64,000 bases of DNA from Elusimicrobiota bacterium (GCA_016207665.1 JACQPG010000050.1:5519-69518), one strand, 5' to 3'; positions 16,417-25,338 are shown, counted from the stretch's first letter. Translations and numbers: made by a program. Notes: a model not told the origin generated them from the sequence alone.

Positions 16417-18587
16417 CGGGTTTCAATCTTTACGCGGCTCTCGAGATATACCAGGCGGGCCTGCTCTTCTATTTCATCGCGGTCAATATAGTCTATCTGG
16501 CCCTTTTCCTGATCTCGCTCTCGGCCATCGTCGATTATCTGCATCACAAGGGCTATCGCAACGCGCAGGAGGTGTTGCGCTCCCGATTGACGCCCCCGAT
16601 CTCGGTGCTTGTCCCGGCCCACAATGAAGCCGTGAGCATCGTCGCCAGCGTGCGCAGCCTGCTTCAATTGAACTATCCTGAATACGAAGTGATCGTGATC
16701 AACGACGGCTCGACAGATCGCACCCTGCAAGCCTTGACCGAGGCCTTCGGCCTGAGGAAGACCAAGCGCGTCTATCACCGCACCTTGCCCACGGCCGAGG
16801 TGCGCGGCCTATACGCAGGAGCCAAGACCTTTCCTTGGGTCACGCTCACGGTCATAGACAAGGAGAAGGGCGGCAAGGCCGATGCTCTCAACGCGGGCAT
16901 CAACGTCTCCCAATACCCGCTCTTCTGTTCGGTGGACGCCGACTCGATACTCGAGCGCGATTCTCTATTGCGCGTGGTCATGCCCTTCATGGAACGCTTC
17001 GCGGTCATGATGGGGGTCGGCGGCATCGTGCGGGTGGCCAACGGTTGCGCGATATCCGACGGATTCGTGCAACGGATCCGGTTGCCGAGGCGCTGGCTGC
17101 CGTGCTTCCAGGCCGTCGAATACCTCAGGGCGTTCTTATCCGGCCGCGTCGCCTGGAGCCGTATGAACGGTCTGCTGATTCTTTCCGGGGCCTTTTCTCT
17201 GTTCCGCAAGGACCCCGTCTTGGCGGCCGGCGGCTATCAACGCGGCAGCGTGGGCGAGGACATGGACCTGGTGGTGAGGCTGCACATGAACGCCGCGGGA
17301 CGGTCCGGGCCGCGCGAGATCGCCTTTGTCCCGGATCCGGTCTGCTGGACCGAGGTGCCGGAGAGCTTCAAGACGCTTTGGCGGCAACGCAATCGCTGGC
17401 ATCGGGGGCTGGGCCAGTCCTTGGCCGGCCACGCCAGCCTGATCTTTAACCCGCGCTTCGGCCTGATCGGGATTTTCGCGGCCCCGTATTTCTGGTTCGT
17501 GGAGTTCCTAAGTCCGGTGATCGAGCTTTCGGGCTACGCGGTGTTCGCGCTCTCGTGGGCGCTCGGGTCGGTACGCTGGGACGCCTTCGCCGCCTTCCTA
17601 ATACTATCCATATTGATGGGAGTGAACCTGTCCTTGCTGGCCGTTCTCCTTGAGGAGTTCACCCTTCATCGCTACCCCAGGATACGGGACTTGCTCAAGC
17701 TCCTGGCCTGCGCCGTCGCGGAAAATCTGGGCTATCGGCAGTTCGTCAGCCTTGCCCGCCTTCATGGGCTGATCGATTGGCTGCGCAACGAGACCTTGTG
17801 GGGCTCCATGGATAGAAAGGGCCTGCAGTCGGCGGCTCTGTTCCTGGGCCTTTTGGCCACCGCTTGCTTGTGCCGGGCTTCCATGGCGCTCAACGCTGGG
17901 CTCGGCTATGAGGATTTCTCTTTCGCCGGAGCGGGCCGCAGCTCGTGGATCAGGGTTGATCGCCGTCTTTCCCGGGGGTCCATCTCCGGCGGCCTTACGC
18001 GCATCGAGCGCTTCGGCGAACGCGAGGCCCAAGGGGAGCTGGGTCTGGGCGCCAGGCTCGGCCCGAGCGCGGGACTCGAGTTGGGGGCCAGCGCTTCCCC
18101 GGAGGCTCATATACTCCCCGAGTGGTCGGCCGCGGCGGTGCTTTACTGGAACCCCCGGAGGCCGGTGACGATCAGCCCCGGCCTGCGCAGCGCCGGCTTT
18201 CGCGCGGCCGGGGTGCATACGGCCAGCCTGGGGATCGAAGCCCAGGCCGCGCCCGGCCTCGCGGTTTTGGTCCGCGGCTTCGGCAGCGTGACTCAATTCC
18301 GCGGCTCGCGCGCCGAGGACTGGACCCCCGCCGTCCTGCTCGCGCTCCGCGCTCAGCCGATGGATTGGCTTCTTGTCGCGCCCTCGTTCGCCTATCGGGA
18401 GGAATCCTTCGAGGCCGGCGCTCCGGGCAGCGGCATCTCGCGCACCTTCCAAGCGCATGCCGCCCGTCTCGATCTATCGGCCGGCCGAGAGCGGGGCTGG
18501 GCCGCGAGGGCGGCTTGGGAATACGAGAGAAGGGTCCCTAAGAACTTCGTCAGGCGCTACGAGTTGGGACTCAGCTACCGGTTCTAG
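16413..18587 (+). CDS. processive family-2 glycosyltransferase (PgaC/IcaA/NodC-like synthase) with about 260-aa C-terminal extension
   Basis: 724 aa. N-terminal TMs, DGS (VINDGSTD), DxD (SVDADSILERD) and QRNRWHRG (the Q/RxxRW processivity motif), then C-terminal TM helices. The frame stays open a further 260 codons (see finding). ATGA overlap with the HEAT gene. Confidence 0.85.
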   Translation: MTGFNLYAALEIYQAGLLFYFIAVNIVYLALFLISLSAIVDYLHHKGYRNAQEVLRSRLTPPISVLVPAHNEAVSIVASVRSLLQLNYPEYEVIVINDGSTDRTLQALTEAFGLRKTKRVYHRTLPTAEVRGLYAGAKTFPWVTLTVIDKEKGGKADALNAGINVSQYPLFCSVDADSILERDSLLRVVMPFMERFAVMMGVGGIVRVANGCAISDGFVQRIRLPRRWLPCFQAVEYLRAFLSGRVAWSRMNGLLILSGAFSLFRKDPVLAAGGYQRGSVGEDMDLVVRLHMNAAGRSGPREIAFVPDPVCWTEVPESFKTLWRQRNRWHRGLGQSLAGHASLIFNPRFGLIGIFAAPYFWFVEFLSPVIELSGYAVFALSWALGSVRWDAFAAFLILSILMGVNLSLLAVLLEEFTLHRYPRIRDLLKLLACAVAENLGYRQFVSLARLHGLIDWLRNETLWGSMDRKGLQSAALFLGLLATACLCRASMALNAGLGYEDFSFAGAGRSSWIRVDRRLSRGSISGGLTRIERFGEREAQGELGLGARLGPSAGLELGASASPEAHILPEWSAAAVLYWNPRRPVTISPGLRSAGFRAAGVHTASLGIEAQAAPGLAVLVRGFGSVTQFRGSRAEDWTPAVLLALRAQPMDWLLVAPSFAYREESFEAGAPGSGISRTFQAHAARLDLSAGRERGWAARAAWEYERRVPKNFVRRYELGLSYRF

Positions 18588-19273
18588 CCCTTGGCGTCGA
18601 AGCGATAACCGAATCCCCGCACCGCGGTGATCATGCTCGCCACCGGCCCCAGCTTGTCGCGCAGATGGCTCAAGGTGACGTCGACCACCTTGGTGGTCAG
18701 GTTGAGGCCCGCCTCGTAGCCCCAGACGTATTGCAGGAGGAAGTCGCGGGTCAGCACGTGGTTGCGGCGATACATCAAATACCAGAGCAGGTCGAACTCC
18801 TTGGCGCTCAAAGGGACTTCCTTGTTCTTGATGAAGGTCTTGCGCGACTCGCGCTCCAGGCGCAAATCCCCCGCGGTCTGTATCGCGGGCTCCTCCATCC
18901 GTCCGGTGCGACGCAGCAAGGTCTCGACACGGGCGACCAACTCCTCGGTATTGAAGGGCTTGGCCAAGTAATCGTCGGCGCCGCTCTTGAGCCCGGAGAC
19001 TCGTTCCTCGACGGCCTTCTTGGCGGTCAGGATCAGCAGGGGCAGATTGTTGGATCTCTGGTCGCCCCTGATCTGGCGGCAGAGATCGATGCCGTCGCCG
19101 TCGGGGAGATTGCGGTCCAGTATCATGATCGTCGGCAGGGACTTCTCGAGGGCGTTCCTGGCCTTGGCCAAGGACTCGACGACCTTGACCTCGTAGCCCT
19201 CCTGCTTGAGCACCTCGGAGATCAAGTTCGATGTGGCGGCCTGATCCTCAACGACCAACACTGATGCCTTCAT
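18584..19273 (-). CDS. OmpR-family response regulator (REC + winged helix)
   Basis: MKASVLVVEDQ...D55-like ILDRNLPDGDGIDLC...LTAK..., C-terminal trans_reg_C (YVWGYE...). Start placed at the ATG at 19273. No histidine kinase is adjacent. Confidence 0.85.
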   Translation of the reverse strand: MKASVLVVEDQAATSNLISEVLKQEGYEVKVVESLAKARNALEKSLPTIMILDRNLPDGDGIDLCRQIRGDQRSNNLPLLILTAKKAVEERVSGLKSGADDYLAKPFNTEELVARVETLLRRTGRMEEPAIQTAGDLRLERESRKTFIKNKEVPLSAKEFDLLWYLMYRRNHVLTRDFLLQYVWGYEAGLNLTTKVVDVTLSHLRDKLGPVASMITAVRGFGYRFDAKG

Positions 19274-19299
19274 GATCGCATTATGATAGCACAACGGGG

Positions 19300-20895
19300 C
19301 TAGAGCGGGATATTCCCCCTGTTTTCGAACTGGCCCGGCATCCGCTTGTCCTTCAAAAAGCGAAGCCCGCGGATGATCTTATAGCGGATCTGGCTGGGCT
19401 CTATCACCTCGTCGATGGAGCCGGTGGACGCGGTCTGGTAAGGCGAGGCGAATTTCTCGGAATACTCGGAAGTCAGCCTATCGCGCAGGCGCGTCCTGTC
19501 CTCGGGCGTCTTGGCGTTGGCCAATTCCCGCGAGTAAAGTATCTCGATGGCGCCCTGAGGGCCCATGACCGCGATCTCGGCGCAAGGCAGGGCGAAGTTA
19601 AAGTCGCCTCGGAGGTGTTTGGAGCTCATGGCGATGTAGGCGCCGCCATAGGCCTTGCGCAGTATCACCGATATCTTCGGAACCGTCGCCTCGGCGTAGG
19701 CGTGCAGGAGCTTGGCCCCGTGCCTGATGATGCCTCCATGCTCCTGGTGGACTCCGGGCCAATAGCCGGGAACGTCGACGAAGGTCACGATCGGGATGTT
19801 GAAGGCGTTGAGCAGCCGGATGAAGCGGGCCGCCTTGTCCGAGGCGTCGATATTGAGCGCTCCCGCGAGATGGGCCGGATTGTTGGCGATCACGCCCACC
19901 ACCTCGGCGCCCATGCGCATGAAGCCCGTGATGATGTTCTTGGCGAACGCCGACTGGACCTCGAAGAACTTGTGCTCGTCCGACACCTGCCAGATGATGT
20001 GGTGCATGCGATACGGCTTGCGGGGATCGAGCTCGCAGAGCTTCTCGAGAAGCGGGGTCGCCCTGCGCACCGGATCCGGGTTGGCTATGCGCGGCGCCTT
20101 CTCCCAGCGGTTTTGGGGCAGATAGGCCAGCAGCTCGCGCACTTGCCGGAAACAGTCGGGCTCCGATTTGGCGACGAACTGGCAGACCCCGGACTTGGCC
20201 GCGTGGGCCTCGCAGCCGCCCAGCGCGTCGAAGCTCACCTCCTCGCCCGTCGCCGCCTTGACCACGTCGGGACCGGTCACGAACATATGGCTGATGCCTT
20301 CCACCATGAAGACGAAGTCGGTCAGCGCCGGGGAGTACACGGCTCCGCCCGCGCAGGGGCCCAATATCACGGAGATCTGAGGTATCACCCCTGAGCAGCG
20401 GGTGTTGCGAAAAAAGATCTCGGCGTAACCGTCGAGCGAGTCGACGCCCTCCTGTATGCGCGCCCCTCCGGAGTCGAGCAGGCCGATGACCGGGACGCGG
20501 TTGTCGTAGGCCAGATCCATGATCTTGCAGATCTTCTCCGCGTGGGCCAGGCCGAGAGAGCCGCCCAATACGGTGAAGTCCTGGGAATAGACGCACACCT
20601 CGCGGCCGTTGATGGTCCCGAAGCCCGTGATCACGCCGTCTCCGGAAGCGGCCTTCTCCTGGAGACCGAAGTCATGGGAGCGGGTCCGGACCAGAAGATC
20701 GGTCTCCTGGAAGCTGCCCTCATCCAGCAGATAATGGACGCGTTCGCGCGCGGTGAATTTTCCGCGAGCCTTTTGAGCCTGGATCTTGTCCGGCCCTCCC
20801 CCGGCCATGGCGGCCTCGATGGATTGCTTGAGCTTCTTGGCGGCGGCGGAGAGCCGTTGAGGCTGAATGGGCTTGGCTGGGACGGTCTTATCCAT
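19300..20895 (-). CDS. acyl-CoA carboxylase carboxyltransferase subunit (propionyl-CoA carboxylase beta / methylmalonyl-CoA carboxyltransferase family)
   Basis: Start MDKTVP at 20895, preceded by AGGGAGGA. Two carboxyl-transferase domains, with typical VGLLDSGGARIQEG and PGYWPG motifs. Confidence 0.85.
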   Translation of the reverse strand: MDKTVPAKPIQPQRLSAAAKKLKQSIEAAMAGGGPDKIQAQKARGKFTARERVHYLLDEGSFQETDLLVRTRSHDFGLQEKAASGDGVITGFGTINGREVCVYSQDFTVLGGSLGLAHAEKICKIMDLAYDNRVPVIGLLDSGGARIQEGVDSLDGYAEIFFRNTRCSGVIPQISVILGPCAGGAVYSPALTDFVFMVEGISHMFVTGPDVVKAATGEEVSFDALGGCEAHAAKSGVCQFVAKSEPDCFRQVRELLAYLPQNRWEKAPRIANPDPVRRATPLLEKLCELDPRKPYRMHHIIWQVSDEHKFFEVQSAFAKNIITGFMRMGAEVVGVIANNPAHLAGALNIDASDKAARFIRLLNAFNIPIVTFVDVPGYWPGVHQEHGGIIRHGAKLLHAYAEATVPKISVILRKAYGGAYIAMSSKHLRGDFNFALPCAEIAVMGPQGAIEILYSRELANAKTPEDRTRLRDRLTSEYSEKFASPYQTASTGSIDEVIEPSQIRYKIIRGLRFLKDKRMPGQFENRGNIPL

Positions 20896-20906
20896 GGCGT
20901 CCTCCC

Positions 20907-21569
20907 TCATATATAGGCAACCGAAATGCAGGCTCCGGCGTACACGCCGTGATCCAGCCGGATGGAAGGGCGGCCGAGCTTTTCCCAACGTTTCAGGGCC
21001 TGCCCGGAAAGGGATAGCTTCCCGGCGGCAAGCAGCTCGATCTCCCGCAAGTCGTGATTGAGCTCCTCGGAGAGCAGCTTGAACACCGCCTCCTTGGCGG
21101 TCCAGAGCCTGATCTGGTCCTCGGGCGACCTGAGGGATTCCTGTTCCCGCGCCGTCGCGTAATAGCCTATCACCGCGGGAGTTTGGGTCCTGATGGCCTC
21201 CCAGTCCACTCCTATCACGGATGAGGCCGCCGCCCCCAGGCCTCCGGCCTCGCAGTGGGATATAGAGATATTCATCTTCCGCCCGCCGGGCAGCTCGGCG
21301 TAGGGACGGCCGGACTCGGCGTTGGCTATCTCTATGTCCTTGGGCTGGCCTTCGCCAAGAGCCCTCTTAGCGGCGATCCTCCCCGCGAGCCAGTCTCTGC
21401 GGCGCTTCTCCGTCTTGAGCGAGTCGAGAACGGCTCGTTCGCTGTCAGTAAGCCAATCGGAGCAATGATGGAGCAGCTCGGCCGCTTCTTGGGCCAGGCA
21501 TAGACCCAGGCGATAATTCGCCGAAGCGGACAGGAGCGGTTCGCGCTGGCCTGCCTTATGCCCGTTCAT
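20907..21569 (-). CDS. 4'-phosphopantetheinyl transferase (Sfp/EntD type)
   Basis: 220 aa. Motifs MNISISHCE (PPTase SxSH) and WTAKEAVFK (WxxKEAxxK). Confidence 0.75.
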   Translation of the reverse strand: MNGHKAGQREPLLSASANYRLGLCLAQEAAELLHHCSDWLTDSERAVLDSLKTEKRRRDWLAGRIAAKRALGEGQPKDIEIANAESGRPYAELPGGRKMNISISHCEAGGLGAAASSVIGVDWEAIRTQTPAVIGYYATAREQESLRSPEDQIRLWTAKEAVFKLLSEELNHDLREIELLAAGKLSLSGQALKRWEKLGRPSIRLDHGVYAGACISVAYI

Positions 21570-21627
21570 GGGCTATGATTATAGCTAATCCTGGGAAAAA
21601 TCAACTGGGAGGCGCCGTCATCCCGTA

Positions 21628-21656
21628 TTGACACTCTTGGGATATTCCGATAATAT
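21628..21656 (+). promoter_or_regulatory. sigma70-like promoter TTGACA-N17-TAATAT
   Basis: Near-consensus -35 and -10 with 17-nt spacing. Followed by AGGAGA and the ATG at 21677. Confidence 0.55.
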
Positions 21657-21676
21657 TCTTCGCGCCAGGAGAAGAA

Positions 21677-22477
21677 ATGACGACGATCTGGGCTGATGGA
21701 TGGTTCTATATATCCGGCGGCGGTTTTTTGATCAGCTCGGTGCTTTTCGTATTCCTCCTTAATCAATATCGCGCCGCGATCGAATCCGAGGATGAGTCTG
21801 TTTCGCCCGAAGATATCGCGCCGATGCCCAAGCCGGAGGTCTACATCCCCAAACCCGTCGAATCCCCGGCTCCGGCGCCAGTCGCCGAGCCGCCGCAGGC
21901 CGCGCCTGGCCATATGGAAATGGGCCAGGCACCGCGGAACAATCCTCCTTATTCCGCGGCGCCCAAACCGGTGGAGCTGCCTCAGGTCAAGGCGGCCGAG
22001 CCTCCGGCCGAGAGAAGGAAGTCGGAGACCACCACGGGGGGCCTGTCCCCGGCTGTGGTCTATCTCCAGAATCTGACCATGCAGATGGCCTATGTGGAAA
22101 AGGAGTTGGCCGGATTGCGTTCCACCGTCTCCCAGCAGGCCGCGCAAAGCGAGCTGATATTGCAAAGGTTGGCGGATTTGAACGAGAGATTCGCGCAGCA
22201 GACTTTCCAGGTCATGGCGCCCACGCCTTCGAGCGCGCCCGAGTCCTCGCAGCCGAGCGCGGCCGCGGCCGATCCTATCGCCGAGCTGGAGAAGACCATC
22301 GTGCTTCAACCCGCGCCGTTATCGGCCGCGGCGACCGAGCCCGAGGGAACGCCCCCTACGGCGGCGGAGCCCGCGCCCCAAGCAGAGCTCAAGCTGGCTC
22401 CTCCTCCCCAAGAGAATACGGCCGAGCAAGGCCCCGAGGCCAAGCCGGGCCGGAAGGGTCCTGTCTGGCCAATCTAA
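21677..22477 (+). CDS. membrane-anchored Pro/Ala-rich hypothetical protein with coiled-coil segment
   Basis: 266 aa. TM FYISGGGFLISSVLFVFLL. Long low-complexity P/A/E region. Confidence 0.55.
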   Translation: MTTIWADGWFYISGGGFLISSVLFVFLLNQYRAAIESEDESVSPEDIAPMPKPEVYIPKPVESPAPAPVAEPPQAAPGHMEMGQAPRNNPPYSAAPKPVELPQVKAAEPPAERRKSETTTGGLSPAVVYLQNLTMQMAYVEKELAGLRSTVSQQAAQSELILQRLADLNERFAQQTFQVMAPTPSSAPESSQPSAAAADPIAELEKTIVLQPAPLSAAATEPEGTPPTAAEPAPQAELKLAPPPQENTAEQGPEAKPGRKGPVWPI

Positions 22478-22494
22478 AGATACCGCTGCTCCTC

Positions 22495-23421
22495 TTGATG
22501 GCCGCCGCTCCAGCGACGGCCACGTCTCTTTTTCCCGACTCGCCCTTCACCGATAAGGCCGTGGGGACGACCTCGGCCGCCTTCTTGAAGCTTCCCGTGG
22601 GCGCCCGGGCCGAGGCCATGGGCGGGGCCGCGGCCGGCTCCTCCAGCGGCGCCGAGTCGATTTTCCGCAACCCGGCCGGCCTGGCCCGTCTCAACGCTCC
22701 GAAGGCGACGGAGCTCATCATGACCTACAGCCAGCTTTTGGCCGATTCCTACGCCGGAGGCATGGGCCTGGGACGCCGCGCCATGGGCGGAACCGTGGGA
22801 ATGGGCTTGATCTATTTTTCCCAGAGCTCCTTGACCTCCTACGACGCGCAGGGCGACGTGACCGGAGAGTTCAGGCCCGTGGATCTGGCCTTGTCTTTGT
22901 CCTATGCCCGGCCGGTCGAGAACTTTCTGATCGGCGGAAGCTTCAAGGGCATCCGTTCTTCTTTGGCCGGCGAGACAGGCTCTAGCGTGGCAGCCGATGT
23001 CGGGGTCCAGGCCCTGCATGTGACCAATGTGGGCGAAGGGCCCCTGGATGTGGGCGCCTATTTGAGCCAGCTGGGGCCGCCCTTGAAACTCGGATCGGTC
23101 TCCTCTCCGCTTCCCTTCCAAGCACGCACGGGCTTTCTCTGGCACGCCTCCGAGAGGATGCTGGGCGCGGTCGACATCGTGCTGCCCGTGGATCACGATC
23201 CTTACGTGGCCCTGGGCGTCGAGCTGTCGCACCGGCATCGACAGTGGGCTGGATTCTTGAGAGCGGGATACAACCAGGCCCGTTCGCGCGGGTTGGATGG
23301 TTTGGCCGAAGTCACCGCCGGCGCGGGCCTCGAGTTCGGGAGCTTCCGGCTCGACTACGCCTGGATACCTTTCGGCGACCTGGGGGTCACCAATCGCGTG
23401 GCTCTCGGCTTCAAGCTTTAG
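22495..23421 (+). CDS. PorV-like outer membrane protein (T9SS PorV/LptO family-like)
   Basis: N-terminal region FLKLPVGARAEAMGGAAAG...FRNPAGLARL resembles the PorV/LptO signature GARAxAMGGA. Beta-rich with alternating hydrophobics. The start is probably a few codons upstream (signal peptide ...LLLLMAAAPATA). Confidence 0.55.
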   Translation: MMAAAPATATSLFPDSPFTDKAVGTTSAAFLKLPVGARAEAMGGAAAGSSSGAESIFRNPAGLARLNAPKATELIMTYSQLLADSYAGGMGLGRRAMGGTVGMGLIYFSQSSLTSYDAQGDVTGEFRPVDLALSLSYARPVENFLIGGSFKGIRSSLAGETGSSVAADVGVQALHVTNVGEGPLDVGAYLSQLGPPLKLGSVSSPLPFQARTGFLWHASERMLGAVDIVLPVDHDPYVALGVELSHRHRQWAGFLRAGYNQARSRGLDGLAEVTAGAGLEFGSFRLDYAWIPFGDLGVTNRVALGFKL

Positions 23422-24547
23422 CCGACTCGACGGCCACCGCGATTCCCAGTCCGCCTCCCACGCAGATGGAGGCGATCCCTCTCCTGAGATCGCGCCTGCC
23501 CAATTCGCGCAACAGGGTCAGGACCAGCCGGGCTCCAGTGCCGGCGAAGGGATGGCCTAGGGCCAGAGCTCCCCCGTTGACGTTGACGCGCTCCCCAGAC
23601 AGGCCCAGGAGCTTGAGATCGACCAGGAGTTGGGCCGCGAAGGTCTCGTTGATCTCGAAAAGGTCGAAGTCCGAGAGTTTGAGCGATGTCTGGCCGAGCA
23701 GGGAGCGTATGGCCTCCACGGAGCCCAAGGGCATCTTTCGAGCGGGAAGGCTGACCACCGCGGCGCCGAGATAGCGCCCCAGCGGCGGACGCGCGAGGGT
23801 CTCGAGCTTGCCGCAGCCCAGCAGCAAGGCCGAGCCTCCGTCGACGATGGCGTGGGTGTTGGCGGCCGTGGCCTGGGAGTCCTCGATCAAGGGTTTGGAC
23901 CGGGCGAAAATCTCGGGGCGCGGGTCGGCCAGTATCGCGTCGTCTTCCGAGCAGCCGGCCGCGGGCGCGATCTCTTCCGCGAGTATCCCGCGGCCGCGCG
24001 CGGCGAAGGCCCGCCGATGGCTTTCCATGGCACATCCATCTTGTTCATCCCGGCCGATTCCCATCTCGCGGGCCAACTCCTGCGCGGTCTGGGCGATATG
24101 AAGCCCGCAGGAGACGTCCTGGAACGACGGGACGAACACGTCCCTTCGCACCAAGCTCGGGCTATCGGCTCCCGCGCACGCGACGATCCGGCCCTGTCCC
24201 AAGGCGATCGATTCGGCCGCGGTCTTTAGCGCGTAGAGTCCCGTTCCGCAGGCGAGGGCGCAAGTGACCGAGGGGACTCCGTCGGGCAGGCCCGCGCGAT
24301 GAGCCGCGTATCTTCCACCGTAGCAGGCATGCGGGCCCGCATGATACATGTTGCCGAAGACCAAGAGCTCCAAATCCCCGGCGGCCAGCCCGGCCTTTTC
24401 AAGCGAGGCCTTGAGGCTTATGGCCGCCAGGTCGAACGGGTCCAAACCCTTGAGAGCGCCTCCCTTTTGCCCGTCGCCGCGGGTTCCGGCCGACCAAGCG
24501 GCGAAGGGAGTGCGCGCTCCCTCCAGTATCCAAATCGGGTCCTTCAC
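23411..24547 (-). CDS. acetyl-CoA C-acetyltransferase (thiolase)
   Basis: GTG start at 24547 with GGAGG upstream, overlapping the upstream stop (GTGA). Thiolase motifs VTCALACGTGLYAL, NVNGGALALGHPFAGTGARL, CVGGGLG. Confidence 0.85.
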   Translation of the reverse strand: MKDPIWILEGARTPFAAWSAGTRGDGQKGGALKGLDPFDLAAISLKASLEKAGLAAGDLELLVFGNMYHAGPHACYGGRYAAHRAGLPDGVPSVTCALACGTGLYALKTAAESIALGQGRIVACAGADSPSLVRRDVFVPSFQDVSCGLHIAQTAQELAREMGIGRDEQDGCAMESHRRAFAARGRGILAEEIAPAAGCSEDDAILADPRPEIFARSKPLIEDSQATAANTHAIVDGGSALLLGCGKLETLARPPLGRYLGAAVVSLPARKMPLGSVEAIRSLLGQTSLKLSDFDLFEINETFAAQLLVDLKLLGLSGERVNVNGGALALGHPFAGTGARLVLTLLRELGRRDLRRGIASICVGGGLGIAVAVESAKA

Positions 24548-25338
24548 CGAGCCTCCGCGAAAAGGGACAGCATCTGGCGATGGAGCGCGCCATTGGTAGC
24601 CAAGGTCTCTCGTCCCAGATCCGCGATCCCCCTCCAGGCTTGCCCCGAGAAATCCGTGACCATCCCTCCCGCCTCGCTGACTAGAACGGCGCCGGCGGCG
24701 ACGTCCCAAGGGTTGAGCTTGAACTCCCAGAAGCCGTCCGCCCGCCCAGCCGCCACCCAAGCCAGGTCCAGAGCGGCCGAGCCGCTGCGGCGCACATCGT
24801 GGCAGACAACCATGAATCGGCGATAGAACTCGACGTAAAACCGGGATCGCCGCGCGCGGTCATAAGCGAACCCCGTGACCAGGAGCGAGGCCCTGAGATC
24901 GGAGACTTTCGAGACGCGCATGGGCCGGCCGTTCAAGCGCGCGCCCCGGCCTTGCCGGGCGACGAAGCACTCGTCCCGGAATGGATCATAGACTCCGCCC
25001 AGCAACGGGCGGCCCCGGTAAAGCAGGCCGATCGAGACGCAGGCCACGGGATAGCCATGGGCGTAGTTGGTCGTTCCATCCAACGGGTCGATGATCCAGC
25101 AATAATCCGAGCCGCTTTCCTTGACAGCGCTCTCTTCGCTGCGATAGTCGTGTTCGGGGAAGCGGCGCCTGAGCACCGCCAGGATGGCGGCCTGGCTGCG
25201 GAGATCGGCGAGCGTGACGATATTGGCCTTGCCCTTGTAGCGGACCTCGACCCGGCCGAAATGGCGGCGCAGCACAGCGCCCGCCTTCTCCAAGGCCTCG
25301 GAAAGCGCTGAGTCCAGAGCGTGGTCGGTAGGCTTCAT
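24544..25338 (-). CDS. inositol monophosphatase family protein
   Basis: Start MKPTDHAL at 25338 (ATGA overlap with hemD). Motifs WIIDPLDGTTNYAHG and WDVAAGAVLVSEAGG. Confidence 0.85.
   Translation of the reverse strand: MKPTDHALDSALSEALEKAGAVLRRHFGRVEVRYKGKANIVTLADLRSQAAILAVLRRRFPEHDYRSEESAVKESGSDYCWIIDPLDGTTNYAHGYPVACVSIGLLYRGRPLLGGVYDPFRDECFVARQGRGARLNGRPMRVSKVSDLRASLLVTGFAYDRARRSRFYVEFYRRFMVVCHDVRRSGSAALDLAWVAAGRADGFWEFKLNPWDVAAGAVLVSEAGGMVTDFSGQAWRGIADLGRETLATNGALHRQMLSLFAEAR

Noticed and set aside
17808-18587. Possibility that the GT2 C-terminal extension is a chance open frame in GC-rich DNA
   Set aside because: It is not dismissed entirely, but it is judged unlikely. It is a sense-frame continuation with about 280 stop-free codons (expected below 1 percent by chance). 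It contains a canonical signal peptide and an OMP-like terminal strand. It is kept as a finding rather than annotated as a separate gene.
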